In this document: positions 62,725 to 64,000 of the stretch, one piece after another | Numbering within the stretch: the first letter of the stretch is position 1 | Layout: every line of letters begins with the position of its first letter | Assembly (NCBI GenBank): GCA_965287045.1 | Contig: OZ336883.1 | Location: 21,390,001 to 21,454,000, forward strand | DNA from: Carcharhinus amblyrhynchos | Lineage: Eukaryota | Direction: 5' to 3' | DNA: 64,000 nucleotides | Translations under genes and position numbers: made by a program | Notes under the pieces: generated by a model | What the model saw: only the letters and a program-made list of their open reading frames with translations | Told to the model about the DNA's origin: nothing | Database searches by the model: none

Positions 62725-64000
62725 AAAACATATGTTTTGTATCCACCTATTGCAGAATACCTTGCGACAAATTGCATGATAAATCATACAGCTAAGATCT
62801 TTTGGAATTTCTTGCTGCCTTTTGCTAGTTCAACTGTGGCTTCACATTCCTGACTGAGCCTTCCAACCGTGCCAATGAAGTAACTGATAGTCTGGCTTAC
62901 AACATTTCTTGCCTGCTTTTTCCACTTCTGTTTAACCTTTTAAACTACACCGGTTCAGCTGTGCCTCTTTCTGTGCCTTAAAAATTCTGCCTATTACAGA
63001 ATCATAGAATGATACAGCCTTCTGTATTGTGTTTGTCCCAGATTCTTGGTTGAGCATTACAATTAGTTCCCTCCCTTTGCTCATTTCCCAAAGCCTTCAT
63101 TTTTCTCTTCAAGCATTTATTCAATTCTCTTTTGAAAGTTACTTTTGAATCTGCTTCCTTTCAGACTGTACATTGCTTTATTTTGCTTTTTAAAAAGCAA
63201 AATGTTTCCTCGCTTCGCCTTTGGTTCTTCTAATCATATTAAACTGCTTTTCCAGTTATTGAAGGATCACAGACTAACATATTAATGCTATTTTCTATCC
63301 ACAAGTGCTGAGTCTTAGAAAGCATATATTCTGAACCTGGGGGGAATGCTTCTCTGTTCCCTTCACCTTGTCAGCTGGCCTGTTGGCATAAGGTGTATAA
63401 GTGTAGTAATGATGGGTAATCAGTATTTATCTCAACTACATTGGTTTAACATGTTGGTGTATTAACCATGACACTTCTAGTTTGAGGCTAATTAGTACAT
63501 TGATTTCTTTTGACCTAAGTTATAGAAGAATGAGATTCCACGCTTTTAAACTTTGTGTCAGAGAGGTTGTTTGGCAGATTTATCACACTATTAAAATTCA
63601 ATTGAAGCTGAATTCAATAACTTTTTCTACCGCTTTAGTGGGTAGTTTGAGGGTAAGTAGCACAACTTCACATTCCTACATAGCTTTCAATGCTGAGTCT
63701 CTGGGCAACATACAGTTTTGGTCCACCTATACGGGAATAGAACATCTTGCTCAGCAACTTCCAGATTTCCACATGTGCACACTTTGGATGTTACTGTTTG
63801 ATTTACAGAATGATGATGCTGTGTGTGGTGAGCCTCACCATTATTCTCGATGCAAAATCCAAGCTAATGTTTTCTGTTTAAAGCAGAGATGAGAAATTTT
63901 CAGTCCACCCTCACTTAATTTCTCAATCTTTTGTTCTCATTGGTGAAGGAAATAAACAGTTATACCCAAGTGTCTTGTAGTCACCATTGTCAACTTTCAC

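Noticed and set aside
63482-63892. 136-aa ORF near the right edge as a possible TRIP11 start
   Set aside because: No CpG island and no resemblance to the TRIP11 N-terminus that I can recognise.

Overview
Vertebrate genomic DNA. The repeat content (HE1/V-SINE-like, SacSINE1/Deu-SINE-like and CR1/HER1-like elements) points to a cartilaginous fish, probably a shark. The window holds the conserved CPSF2-NDUFB1-ATXN3 gene block. CPSF2 (- strand) is represented by its first nine coding exons (10849 down to 695) and runs off the left edge. NDUFB1 (+ strand, 57 aa, coding exons 20198-20334 and 21089-21125) is missing from the ORF track and shares a CpG island (~16.0-16.6 kb) head-to-head with CPSF2. 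ATXN3 (+ strand, 11 coding exons, 24829-58968, 360 aa by my exon assembly) has an intact Josephin triad but no polyQ tract, a probable GC-AG intron 9, a degenerate UIM3 and an overlapping upstream ORF. Introns are packed with SINE/LINE fragments. The least expected signal is two families of palindromic repeats whose arms carry decayed minimal type-I hammerhead ribozyme motifs (CTGATGA...GAAA with a palindromic helix III), as in Penelope-like element termini. Apart from ORFs overlapping real exons or CR1 ORF2, the ORF track is noise. I see no prokaryote-style novel system. Repeat boundaries are approximate and family names come from pattern recognition, not a database search.
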